Shown here piece after piece: positions 13,188 to 25,700 of a stretch of DNA of 64,000 bases. Below the pieces are notes generated by a model. The model did no database searches, was not told the origin of the DNA, and saw only the letters and a program-made list of their open reading frames with translations. The DNA is from Gonapodya sp. JEL0774 (lineage: Eukaryota): NCBI GenBank assembly GCA_027604505.1, contig JADIIX010000009.1, forward strand, positions 62,001 to 126,000, read 5' to 3'. Positions within the stretch are counted from its first letter, which is position 1. Each line of letters opens with the position of its first letter. The translations under genes and the position numbers were made by a program.

Positions 13188-16100
13188 CTAAATTCTGTAT
13201 CTACATCCACAGTAAATACACTGTTCCAAAATCTTATGCAATATGGGTATAATTCTACTTGGAGTCACGTTGTCGTTTGTATCTCTGCTGTCAAGTGCCG
13301 TCTTGATCCGACATCCACTGCAAGTGGACAAGTTAGCCGGATCCAAAATTCGTAAGGTAATAGCACAACGATCTAAAAGGAGAGATACATGAATCGTTCT
13401 TGATTTGTAGAGGCAAAGGAACCGTCCAAACTCGTCTCACCCCAAATGTGACCTCTCACACACACAGCTCTCCATGGATCAGTCACCTCCACCGGGTCCT
13501 TGCAAGCTGGGCACTTTTCGATAGAGAACACCGTGCTTATATCAGCGTCCACAGTTGCAAGAGATTTGAAAGTGCCGGCAACCGGAACGGAACCAGTTTC
13601 ATTTCGGGGTGTAACGCGGGACGCAATTATTTGAGCAAGGTGCCGAGCTCTTTCGGGCAGATCAAGTACGTCTCGTAGAAACGTTTGTGAGAATGCACAC
13701 ATGAGCTGTGCCGTTTCGAAAAATTGGTCTGCGCGGTTACAATGCGTCTTGTCATCAAACTTTCTATCAGTAAGATCAAGCTTTTGACTCACAATCAAGC
13801 GGGCCATCAGCTTCCAGATACGCCCGAAACAGCTCAATGCATCCACCAATGTGGTGTGAAGAGATAAGCTTCATATTTGTTCCTATCAGTGAGGTATTTC
13901 CTGCAGGGTCAAGGTCCTATGATGGTAGACTTCCAGGTTGACTTTCACCCGATAGCAATTATCGGGGACGAGCTCACTCTGAGACCTGTCAAGAACATGT
14001 TCATTACGCGAAGAATGTTGATCCGATGAGAGTGGTACCAATATTCCCGGCATTGTCGCATGATCCTTTCAGACGGATGTTCCTTTTTCTCAATAAAACC
14101 CTCGCCACCGTCAGACTTGCTGGGCTCACGCGATTGTATTCCAAACTGGCCTAAACTCCTTTTCCTTGTCAGCTAGGAGAATATAATTGGTTCGCAGAGC
14201 TTGGCGAGCCACCGAGTAGAATGGGGGGGCTGGGTTCGCAGGCGGGGGTTTGGACTTAAGTAGTATGTCAATGTACACAAAGAGATCCCAAAGTACAGAC
14301 TCGGAGGTCTGGACGTCGACTGGGAATATGATAGAGGTGAAAATCGATACATGAGAAGAGATACCTTACACATGACGGAAAACTGTGCAGCAACAGAGAG
14401 GTCAGGAAACATACGCAAATCTGGTTTCCGCAAAGAATCCTCAAGGCGCCCGATTATGGCGGCCTCAACTGCATGATCTGCGGATTCAGTAACTGGAATA
14501 AATGCGAAGAAAGTGCAGTTCGTGGCTGCGGTTTTGTACTCCAGATCGGTTGTGGCAATAAGCCTTAAGATAACACGGAGAAATGTCATATCCACGCTCA
14601 ACACGAAGAAAATGGTCCGTGCAGCCCGTTACAACATACTTGTAGTGCACCGCATCAATCACACCCGCACTTGAGCCAACCATACCATAGTACCTTGGTT
14701 GCTTCGTCAACTCCCAAACATTCGCTCCCGATGTGACCCCCATCCCCGCGTTCACCTCTCTCTGATCTTCTTGATCTCGCTCATCTACTGCATCTTCATC
14801 GTCGTCAACTGCCGCAGAGATGGATAAACAGCGGCGAGCGACAGGGAGGGAGATCTCGTTGAGCGGATCTGCAGACTTAGGGAAAGAATGAGCAGTGGTC
14901 TGAGCGAAGACCCGACCGTCGTGGGTGTAGTAACGGAAGGAAGAGAGGTCAGAAGCACTCGAGATGCCTGCGGTGGCGGTCACGGAATATAGGTGACCAA
15001 GACAAGTAAGAATGCACCGGTCGTCGGAAATACGCCGTTACTTACCTACTACTCTTCCCAGGGCGGGTAATTGCGTAGTCTGCAGTGCAAAAATCGAGGG
15101 CCACGATGGGACAGAGACACTGGTAGTAGCTCCAGTGTGATGGGTCTCCAAACTGATCGAGTGTACCAATGCGCCAGAGGAGAGAACGAGAGAGACAGTG
15201 GAGTCCTGAGATGAAAGTTGTCAAAGCTAGAAGTTGGTTCGTAAGCAGCGAGTGGCCATGGAAAGTCCAATATCTCACACCCTTAATCAGCAACATGCTC
15301 GCACCGGGCGGCCTCCCCTCCGAATCAAAGAGCTTTGTGCGGGTACATTGTAACTCAGTTAGGGTGCCTGATGCCGTGTCAACAGATAGTAGGAGGAGGT
15401 GCGATGAACCCGTGCTCGTGCGGATTAGCAGGTGGTAGAGCGCTTCGTAAAAGGGTATTTGTGCGGGTACCAAGTCAAGCAAAGTGATGAAAAAGCACAG
15501 CATATTTCAGTGAAAGATCGCTTAAGGACTGTTGGGGAGCTCACGGTTTCCTGTAGAATCCAAAGAAGGCTCTGACCAAGTGAGCTGGGTCACCCAATCG
15601 CTGAATCCCGTAGCGGAGTAGGCCAAGGTGACGGAAGTGGATCTGGCAGAGAAGCTTTGAGCGAAGACCGGATGACAGCGCAGATGACTCCGTGACTTCA
15701 AATGATGTGCGAAGGAAAACGCGCGCCCGCCGACGCACCACCAACACGTGACCGTGCCAGATTTGTTGCCACATGCAATAAAAGAGACGCTGTGGACCGA
15801 AGGAGACCAAGATATTGCTGAAGGAGGACATGGGCGATGGTTCTCAGGATTCTCTATGAATTGACTTTGCTCTCAACAAACCCATGGTTTCGATGTCATC
15901 GAGAGGTGGTGCTTCATCGTCCGTGTGGCTGAAATGATCGTATATCTGGTCGGAGATGTCCAAAAGCTGAAAATGAAGGACCGACCTGTTGGATGCTCAC
16001 GCTGGTTGTGAAATGGTGGTTGGCATCTTACTTGAACCCATGTTCCCGTCGCCGGATCTGAAGTTGGCTCAAAAACTTTGACAGCGTGAGTCAATGTGAG

Positions 16101-16618
16101 GGTCATGATCAAAGCACTTGCAATGTGAAGTGTCAATGGTTGGAATCGACGAACACCTGTGATGTTGACATGACTGACCCGCCGTATCGTGACATCCCAA
16201 GTGGACTCCAACAAACGGCGCGAAAACCCTCCGTAAGAAAGTCAGCGGATCGCATAGCCAGTTCTGGAGAATGCGCCATAGTGGAATCATTCGCTCATCA
16301 GGGGATACAGGTAAGGAGGCGGGTTCACAGTGCCCACCCGTAGTAGGAGTTGCGAGTTTCTGCCGTCGTAGCCACGGTGACTCTGGTGCCGGAATGTGTG
16401 TAAGTAGTTTTTTCAGTCTTCCAGTCACCCTCGTCGGAGTCTTTGCAAACCGATTAAATGATGAGAATCAAAGAAGGATGACTTTTTATGATTCGGTATC
16501 TGGATCGCACCACAATATAGACAGCTCTGGCTGTGACGACGGCATACTGGTTGGCACCTGAGCGAGAAATCGATTCCAGAGTAACAGGCGGAGAAGAAAA
16601 GCGCTGGATCAAATCCAT
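13188..16618 (-). CDS. TFIIIC subunit delta/Tfc8 (GTF3C4)-like; WD40-like N-region plus C-terminal zinc finger
   Basis: C-terminal EKCPACKDPV...AVCVRGHIW / RCAITLRIL...TCSGC...QCIYCGCRY matches the zf-TFIIIC pattern. Internal exons not fully resolved. Confidence 0.75.
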
Positions 16619-16720
16619 GTGGATGTCATAAATTCTCGCTCCTGTCCCTGGGGACACTATGACCACAGGAGGAACCCAGATAGCCGAACCCACAAACGAT
16701 TCTCTAAACGCTCTATCGTA

Positions 16721-17966
16721 ATGTCCTCCACCTCTGCCGCACGGTATCACCAACCAACTTCAATTGTGCTGAAGGCTGAGTACGCAAACGAGGTGGGCTC
16801 GTTGAGTCGTAATCATCCGATCTATCCGTGGCCACACACAATATGTATGACTGTGTCACTGTTTCGACCAGACCAAGCGTATCACTCTCTCTCGTATACC
16901 CTCAGAACTATCTTTTGATGATTTAATTCTCACGGTGCAGCGAATCTTTCGTATCGCACCAACAGACGCCTTAAGTTTGAGATATGTAGATGACGAAGGC
17001 ACCCTTGTGCTCTGCGAGAGCGACGTGGATGTTTCCCATGCTCTTTCTATATCTCATTTGTTGAAGGTGAGCTTGGCCGGGGGATGCAGTTATTTCGTGG
17101 CATGACTTACATATGGACGAGCCGTTCTCAGGTAAAGGTAAACAACAAACGGAATTCGTCGACTGGTGTTGGTACCGTTACTGGAGAGAGCCTTGCGGTA
17201 CTCCGCCAAAGTCTGGAAAAGCTGCGAAGTGACGTGGATACCTTGCTTAAGAGTTTACCCGACAGAATCGGCGAGACGAAGAAAGAAGGCGTAGGCGCAA
17301 TCGGCTCCGGAGGTATTTTCCTATTGCATTCTTGTTGTTATCCTGATCCCACTTCAATCCGTTCGAATCTCACACTTTGGCATAGGAACGACTAAAATGG
17401 AGGAGAAGGCGCCTCCCCAGCAACTTTCCAAACAGGATTTCGGTGAACACTGTTATCGTGCTTACATTCCCATAACTGGCGCTAGAGTTGTTATTTCCCA
17501 TTTAGAACTTCTCACCAGTGCCGCCTCCGCTCCAAAATCCCCAAATGTGCCTGATCCCCCTCAAACCGGGCAGAACCAACAGTCGACACCAGTTCCTGCA
17601 AGCTTCACCTCAACACTCCAACCACCAAGCTCCATGATGGAGCTCTCTTCCCCGATTACACCGCGGCAACCTACGTATCCACCTGCCGCGCCATCAACTC
17701 CGAACCCTGCGACACACATTCACCCTTCTCAAAACACTCCAGCCCCTCCAACTCAACACCAACTCCCGTCTCAGCAGCAACAGCAGTACTATGCGGCAAG
17801 TCCGACCCCGCAACCGCAGACTCAACAATACGCGCAAGCTCAGTCGCAACACTATATGCAACAATATTATAGCAACACGGCGCAAGCACCTCCGCAGCCT
17901 CAGCAGCTTTCTCAGCAACAGTACTACCAGCCGCAGCAGCAGTACTATGGGGGATATCCTCAGTGA
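16721..17966 (+). CDS. TFG: TFG (Trk-fused gene)-like protein: PB1 domain, coiled coil, P/Q/Y-rich tail
   Basis: Exons 16721-16792, 16872-17066, 17132-... give IVLKAEYANE|TKRITL...LSFDDLILTVQRIF...LRYVDDEGTLVLCESDVDVSHALSISHLLK|VKV...LAVLRQSLEKLRSDVDTLLKSL, colinear with remembered animal TFG (LIIKAQLGEDIRRI...ITYDELVLMMQRVF...KYKDEDGDLITI...LRRELIELRNKVNRLLDSL). Confidence 0.8.
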
Positions 17967-18555
17967 CAAGCGTTGGGTAGGCTGGGAGTTCCGTGGAAAG
18001 GAACCCACGGCCCACAGGAGTTCTGAATCTGTGAAAGAAGTCAAGAAGCTAGGAGAAATACAAGCAAGTTTGGCTGTTGAGCGTCCATCCATTTAGGATG
18101 TGAGGTTCAAGGTGGACGACGAGACTGTTTGCTGAGGAGGTACTAGCAAAGACTCTGTATTCAAAAAATCCATTCGAGTGTAGCCTAGAGATTTATGCTC
18201 TCCCAGGGCGGGGATGTATCGTGCCTGCTCTGTGTCTGCCGATTCCAAAAATGATCTCAGCAAAATCTCTCAGCGGATGACATCCACCGCAAAAATAATG
18301 CTTTGAGTCCCCGGAGAAGACGGAAAATGTATTGACAAACGCATTCCGTCCGTCCTCGACAGAGCAAGACGGCTAGTGCGACCAGGATTCGCTAATCTTC
18401 CCGTGGGAGCCAATCCTCTGTGCACGGTCCACCGAGTGGGGCTCAAAAGCCAGGCTCGAAATTTTGCGCATTTGCCATTTTGCCACAAAGGGGGCAAAAA
18501 AAATCAAAACCCTAGGCAAAAACCCCAACCCCCCCTTGATCCAAACCCACACCCC

Positions 18556-21165
18556 ATGGACATCGAGATGACCGAAGCGGCACCCTCTGGATCCGATTCG
18601 ATGCCCGCAGAAACTTATGATACCCAGGAACCGTGAGTGGCTGTCGCGCGGGGGATCGGCCTCACATCGGCTCGCTCCCTGAAGCACTTGCCCTGTTTCA
18701 ATGCCCCGGCACTTTCCAACCCCGTCTCCCAACAACGGACCTCCGGATCAATTCCTCTTTTTCACTCCAACTACTCTCTTCACTGCAACTCCCTAACTTG
18801 TGCACACTTGGCCTTGCCTTGCACCGGTTCCACAAGTGCACCAGAGAACGACGTGAGCGGCGACGTTTCTCGTGATGGCAGCGACGATGAAGCAGAAGAG
18901 GATTCGAACCTGGCCAGACATGGGAACGGCATCGGGACCGAGAATGGACAAAACGGTGCGCAGGAATATGGAATACCACAGCCCTCCATCACGAATGGGT
19001 ATGGAGCACCTGTGAGTTATCGATTTGACGCCCTTCTAGGCTGGACGGGGTTCATAGTCGACTTGATGTCTGACGATGTTACGATGTTGATGTTTTGAAC
19101 AGTCTGCACCGGTACCGACTGGCAACGGGCTCACCAAACCTCAGCAGAAGTACCTTCAATCCGTGGTCAAGAACCTGAAAGGCCTTAAGGATGCCTATGC
19201 CTTCCTCGCACCAGTGGACACAGTTCGTCTGAACATCCCTGACTACCACACATTTGTCAAGAAACCCATGGACCTCGGCACCGTGAGCAGCAAATTGGAA
19301 AGGCATGAATACAAGAGCGTGGAGGAGTTCAAGGCGGAAATCGACCTCGTATGGCGAAACTGCTACCTCTACAACGGGAGACAGTCACCTGTATCTCTGA
19401 GCGCAGCGAACCTTGAGGCCAAATTTGAGAGTCTAATGAAAAACTGCCCCAAGGAGGTGAGTCTTTTGCCTCCAGTGTCTGGTGCCATCGCTGATACCAA
19501 CTCCCATTGCGCGTTATTCTCATTCAGGGTGAAGAACTCCCCCCAAAGGTAAGTAAATAGAACTTGTTCAACACTAGGGACGTTGGGTCGTCGCCAACAT
19601 GATCCTACAGCCCCGTCGATACTCCTCGGAGACTCGCGGACTAGCACCTGTTTCCCTTCAGCCTCTTCCATCTCGTAAGGCTACCACGAAGCATCTCAAT
19701 ACTGTCGATCTCGGTCCTGCCAGGGAAACCTATTTGGAGCTCATCAAACCCAAGCACCAACAGGACGCCGTCTGGTTCTCTTTGCCCGTGGATCCCCAGT
19801 CCCTAGGGATCCCTCACTACTTTGACATTATCAAACACCCCATGGACCTTAGTACCATACGGCGCAAGCTGGACCACCAGGAGTACGACTCGTTGGATGC
19901 TTTCGCCGCAGACTGTCGGCTCATGTTCAACAACTGCTTCACGTTCAACCCACCGGATACTGCAGTGTACATTTCCGGAAAGCGATTGGAGAAGGCCTTT
20001 GAGGACAAGTGGCGTGAGGTGAACCGAGCGGCGTATGGTCTACCCAAGAAGTCCATGACGAAGAAGGCGGACCGTCGCCCGGAGCCCGAGGAGTTTTCTT
20101 CTGACGACTCAGACAGTGACTCGGACAGCTCAGATTCCAACACCGACTCGGATACCGACTGTGAGTATCAGTTGCTTTGCGCGGTGAATATATTTGTGAG
20201 TAACGTCAATTTTCACATCCAGCCAACGGAAAGAAGGTGAAACAACTGGAGGAGAAGGTTCAGTCCATCTTCAAGCAAATTGAGGCGTTGAAAGCGAAGG
20301 GTGAGAAGAAGAGGAAGCGGAAGGAGAAGAAGGAGAAGCGCCGAGACAAGAAGAAGAGGCGGGAGGAACGACGGGCAACGGGCGGAGGCTATTACGAGAA
20401 ATCGAAACACAAGCTCGAGAAACGACCCAAGCCTCTTCCTATGACGGCCCCGCTCCCTCTTCCCGCTCCCCCGATGCCTTACGTTGCTCCAACTCCGAGG
20501 CCCGCTCCCCCTCCTGCTGTGCCTAAACCAGCTGCGCCACCCGTTCCCAAGAAGCCGAAGAAGGCCGCTGGAGACGGACCACCCAAGAAGAAGGCTAAAA
20601 AGGTCGAGCGCGTGGATGACACGGGTCCATTTATAATCGAGATGAAGCACAAGCAGTACCTTACGGACCAGATCAACAGTATGAGTGAGACCAACCAGGA
20701 ACACCTTGGCAGAGTATTCCAGATTATCCAGGAAAACGTGCCAAATCTCGCCGTAAGTTTTTGAGATTTGCCTGACTTATGGCAGTTTGTGAGCTGAGGA
20801 TATGTGCTCACTGATATCTGGTTTACAGGGTGCCGACCAGGGTGAGGTGGAGCTGGACATTGATGCGCTCGATCAGAAGACGCTGTGGGCTTTGTACGAC
20901 TTTGTTCGGAAACTTCCCGGGCATGCTCCTGCACCGGGGATGGGAACTGTGAGTCTCTGATTTCTCAGCACGCAATATCGCTCCGATTACGTAATAGAAT
21001 CTTCGTTCCTTCTCTAGTCGACCGCAATGACAGGTGAATGTTGGCTCACGTCGTAGTTGGTGAGGACTTTGTTCAATGTGAATCGTATTGATCGTTGGTA
21101 AATTTACAGGTGTCAAAGCTGGTGGTGAAAGCTCTTCTGATGACTCTGGCTCAGGTAGCGATTAA
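18556..21165 (+). CDS. BDF1: BET-family double-bromodomain protein with ET domain (Bdf1-like)
   Basis: BD1 (AFLAPVD...PDYHTFVKKPMDLGT...NCYLYN), BD2 (WFSLPVDP...PHYFDIIKHPMDLST...NCFTFNP), ET (EVELDIDALDQKTLWALYDFV), Ser/Asp-rich end. Confidence 0.93.
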
Positions 21166-21504
21166 ATACCGTCGTTTTCGTCCCGGACCCCGCAACCCAT
21201 TACTTTGTACTTTCAATGACGGGACTTTGAGACGTGCTTTTGTTTTTTCTGTTTTGGTTTTGGACTTGGGTATTTGGGTGGCTGGAAAATCATTGTTAGT
21301 TTGAAAGTTTGATGAGGAATGCTTTATCTGCGCGTGTTCTGTCGTGTGTAATGTGGTTGCGGGGTCCAATATAGCTGTCGTCATGATCACGTCGTTTAAC
21401 TTGCTTCTCCACTTGTTCCGATGATCAGATTCGTCCGTCGATACCATACAAAGAAAGAAACTGGATATTGGGGGTGAAGAGTCGACGGGTGACAGGCCCG
21501 TGCA

Positions 21505-22623
21505 TGAAGATAAGGTAAATCGAAAGGAAGCACACGGGTATCAGCAACAACCACCGAGCAGTCGTCGTTCTCAGTCGTTGCAGAACCTGTTCCCCAGCAC
21601 CGGAGGAAAAACTTATCCACCTCCCGCGGTGAACCCAAAACCTGTTGAAGGCTGGTCAGCGCTTCCACCCATTCGAAAGGTTTGTGTTCTCTTCCCCACG
21701 AAGCATTCAGAGTCCGCATAGCATCACATGCTTCGAATCCAAAACCCATCCGAAAATCAGATCGAGAGATCGAATGTAACCGAGAGCAAACCATCCCCGA
21801 CCAAGGCCGCGGATGCCAAAACGGCGGACACAAAAGTACCCGACAGCAAGACACGTGGGAACCTTCCACCGCCCAAGACGTCTATTCCGAAACGACCCGC
21901 TGCCCCAGGCGGATTCGATCTAAACAAACTCCTAGAAGACACTGCGGAGGACAAGAAGCTCAAGGAGCTCGCGGAACAAAAGCGGAAGGTTGGTGGTGTC
22001 TGTGTTGTGTGATGCGTTAATCACGTTGTCACACACTTGTGCCCGATTGCAGATGGAGGAAGAGACTGAGAAGAGACGTGCCAAAGAGAGAGCGGAAGCA
22101 GGAGACCGCGATCTAGATCAGTCAGGTGCGCCGATCGAATGGGATCGGCCCAACGACGCTGTGTTGTGAGTCCATGTGTCGGGTTTCGCCGTTGGACAAA
22201 CTGGTGATGGTCAAACCGGGACTTGATCGCTTCAGAAAAACGATGGACCCTCGTGATGCTCGAGAAGCTCGAATAGAATACGAGAGAGCCTTGAGAGAAG
22301 CCGATGCTCATGCGGTAAGTGTGCTCTCGCGTGCCGTACTCGGAGCCCGTTTCGGGGTTCCACTCACAGTTGGAAAATTGCCATGCCAGGGCGAGATGGA
22401 CATCAACCGTCAAAATTGCCTCAGTAAGTTTTCCAGCATTGTTCTGACCGTTCTTTGTGGGTCTCCTTACGTGTTCCGGCCCCTCTTTCACAAAGTGAAC
22501 GCATTCGAAAAGTCGATCAACGGACACCTTTCCGACGGCCATCATTACCCTCCACGAGACGGCATTGAAAATGCGCTCAAGAAGGCACGAGAGACGATTG
22601 TGGAGTACGTTCCGACATTTTGA
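21505..22623 (+). CDS. Hypothetical multi-exon protein
   Basis: In-frame spliceable exons (...LLEDTAEDKKLKELAEQKRK|MEEETEKRR...|KTMDPRDAREARIEYERAL...|GEMDINRQNCL|MNAFEKSING...VPTF*). Start uncertain; no family recognised. Confidence 0.55.
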
Positions 22624-22779
22624 CGTGTTGAGGGAGCGGGGGTAATCTTGAGTGAGAGTGAGGTTGGTGTATGGCGATGACGACAGACTTTTAGTTTCCA
22701 CGTCCAAATTCATTTCGGTGTACATATAAGTATGTTGCAATATAATCTCATTTGAAAAAGTCCATGTTGTTTTCTAGTT

Positions 22780-25700
22780 TCAATCCTTATTGGGAACCAT
22801 GGCGACCGACGCGCCACCCACGGTCTGACTGTTGAGCGCCCGCTGATGGGCAAAGTACTTGCCACAGAGCGCCTTGAGTTCGTCGTTGACCTTCTCCAGT
22901 TGGTACTTGTATTCGTTTTCCTGCGCGACGTACATAGCCACCTCCGCGCGGACGTGCCGCAGTTGCTGGTGTTTTTCCTTGACGTTTTGTTCCAAGGTCT
23001 CGACCAGCTTGGTGTTGCTGGTGCAGTTTTGCTTGCTCAGGATGGACTTGAGCTTGATGTACTGCACTTCTTTGTCACGGATGGCTTTTTCTTTGGAGCG
23101 GTTTTCTTCGGTCTGGAAAGGTCGGAATGATCAGGTTGACGCACCCCACTCAAATCAGCTCTGAAATAACTCCAAACCACCAATCCCCACACTCCACGCC
23201 AACGACCCAAGGATACGCCCCAAAACGCAACTCTCTCTCTCCCGCCCCCACCCCCGCCCGCTTAACCGCCACCGATCCTTCTTCTCCTCTCTCACCTTTG
23301 TGATCAACTTCCTCTGCAACGACTGCACCAACTGGACCAACTCGAGCGTCTTGGGGTTGGTCCCCTCCAACTTCCTCCACCGATGCACGTTCATGGGGTT
23401 CTTGAGCTCCTCCTCCAAGGCCGTCATCTTGGCCTTCTCCCTGGTGAGCTCACTGTCGAGCCTGACCACCACGTTCCTCATCTCCTCCGCCCTGGCCGCC
23501 TCGTTTGAAAACTCCATCTGCGTTTTGCGGGTCTCCACCAGCTTCTCCCGCAGCACGCGCAGCGACCTGATCTTGTCCCGATAGTGCATCTCGGAGCGGA
23601 GCAGCAGGGCCCGCTGGGTTTTGAGCTGGTCGTACACCTTGGCCAGGTCCTCGTCCCGCTGCATGAGCTGAGCAGACAAGCTGTCCCGGTCCGAGACCAC
23701 GGTCTGCAACGCGTTCTCCTGCCGCGACTTTTGCTGCTCGGCCTCCTTGACCACGTGGGACAGGTTCGACTCCTCGCTGATCTGCTGTTTGAGGTACACA
23801 TGGGACGACTCGGTCTGCGTCTTGAGCGACTTGACTTCCTGGTCAATGGTCTCAATGTCCTTGGTGAGCTTCTCCTTCTCCCGCCGCTCAGCGGCCAGGC
23901 ACGCGTCCTTGGCCACGATGTCCTCCCTCAACCCCCCGATGCGAAAGTTGACCACCTTGAGGTTCTTCTTCATCTCCGCGATCCGATTCTGCACCTCCAC
24001 CAGATGCTTGGCGTGCACGTTCCGGTCCGACTGGGCCGTCTCGTAAAGGTTTTGCTGGTGCTTGAGTTTGGTCTCGGCCTGCACCGTCTTGCGCTTGTGG
24101 TCGAAAATCTCCATCTCCTTGTCTTTGATCTCCTGCACCGTGGCCACCGTCTGCCCCTGCACCCTCGCCGCGTCCCGTGCGTACCCGTCCCTCTCCACCT
24201 CCACCGCTCGAATCATCCTGGCCACGTCCGCCGTCTCGGCCCGACAGCGCTGGATCTCCATCTCCAAATTGTGCCGCGTGGTTGTCAGCAAGAGCGACAC
24301 CGAGGTGTGCTTCGCCAGCTCCTGGTCCGTCCTCTTGAGCTGGTCCCGCAACATGTCCCGCTCCCTCCTCTGATCGTCCCCGAGCTTCTTATCCACCTCG
24401 ATTGCTGCCTTGAGCTCCGCAATCCTCGCCGTGGCCATCTCGGTCTGCTCCTTCATGGTCCTGCGCTCACTCTCCGCGTCCACCTTGTGGTCCTCCAAGG
24501 CCCTGTTCTTCCTCAACAAGGCGTCCCTCACCCTGTCCACCTTGCGGACCTCGGCCCTCGTGCGGGCCAGATCGGCCTCCCGCTGCCGGTACTCTTTTCC
24601 CGTGGCCTCGTTCTCCTCGAGAAGCTGGGTGGCTAGGACCAGCTGCTCGTCACACTCTTGTTGCAGCTTGATGGTCCGGGCACCAAGGAGTTCTTGGTCC
24701 GAGAGGGTCTTGGCTAGGGACATGCGTTGAGCGCGGATTTGGGATTCGAGGGTGGTGATATCTTCGGTCGCGCGGTTGACGGTGTCCTGGTGGTGGGTGG
24801 TGGGGTGGGTGAGGGAGTGGGGTAGGTGAGGGAGTGGGGAAGGTGAGGGAGTGGGGTAGGTGAGGGAGTGGGGAAGGTGAGGGAGTGGGGTGGGTGAGGG
24901 ATTGGGGTGGGTGAGGGAGTGGGGTGGGTGAGGGGGCATGGGAGGGGGGAGAAAGAAAGGTGTGGAAAGGAACGAGGGTGTGGAGTTGGTTGGAGCGTGT
25001 ATGTGAGAGGGGAGCAAAGTTCCCAGAAAAACAACGAGGGGAACACGTTCACACGGGCCAACCGTGGAAGACAGAACAGACGACGAGACACAGACACGCG
25101 CGAACATTTTGTACCGCAGCCAAAAGAGGCACACATGGCACGCTCGAAGACACGACGGACACGTGCAAAACAAAAGACTTGTGTACGTAGGTCACACACA
25201 AAACACACGACCCACACGGTCCACACACTCGTCACGGACATGACACACACACACACACACACAACGCACCTGCCTGGCCTTGACTTCCTGTGTCTTGGCC
25301 GTGACGACGGCCCTGAGGTCCTTGACCTCACGCTCGAGCCTGTCCTTGTTCCTGAGCTCTGCGTCGATCTCTGCCTTCTTTTGCAGGTTCTGTTCCTTGA
25401 ACTCGAGGATCTCCTTTTCGAGTCTCCTCTTGTCGGTGTCGGCGACGCGAATCTTGTCAGACGAGTCCGATATGGCGGCGCGGAGATGGGTGATCTTGTC
25501 GAGCTCCTCCTCGAGCTCCTTGGCGGACTGTTCCTTGGCCTGGAGGAGTTCGGACAGGGTGCGCTCTTGGATGACGCTGAGGCCGACCCCTTGCTTGACG
25601 GTGGCGTGCAGGTTGGCCACGTCCTGGCGGAGCTGGCGGAGGTCCTCCTTGAAGGCCTCCTCGCGCTTGGCGGAGGACTCGACCATGTCGGCGGCGCGGC

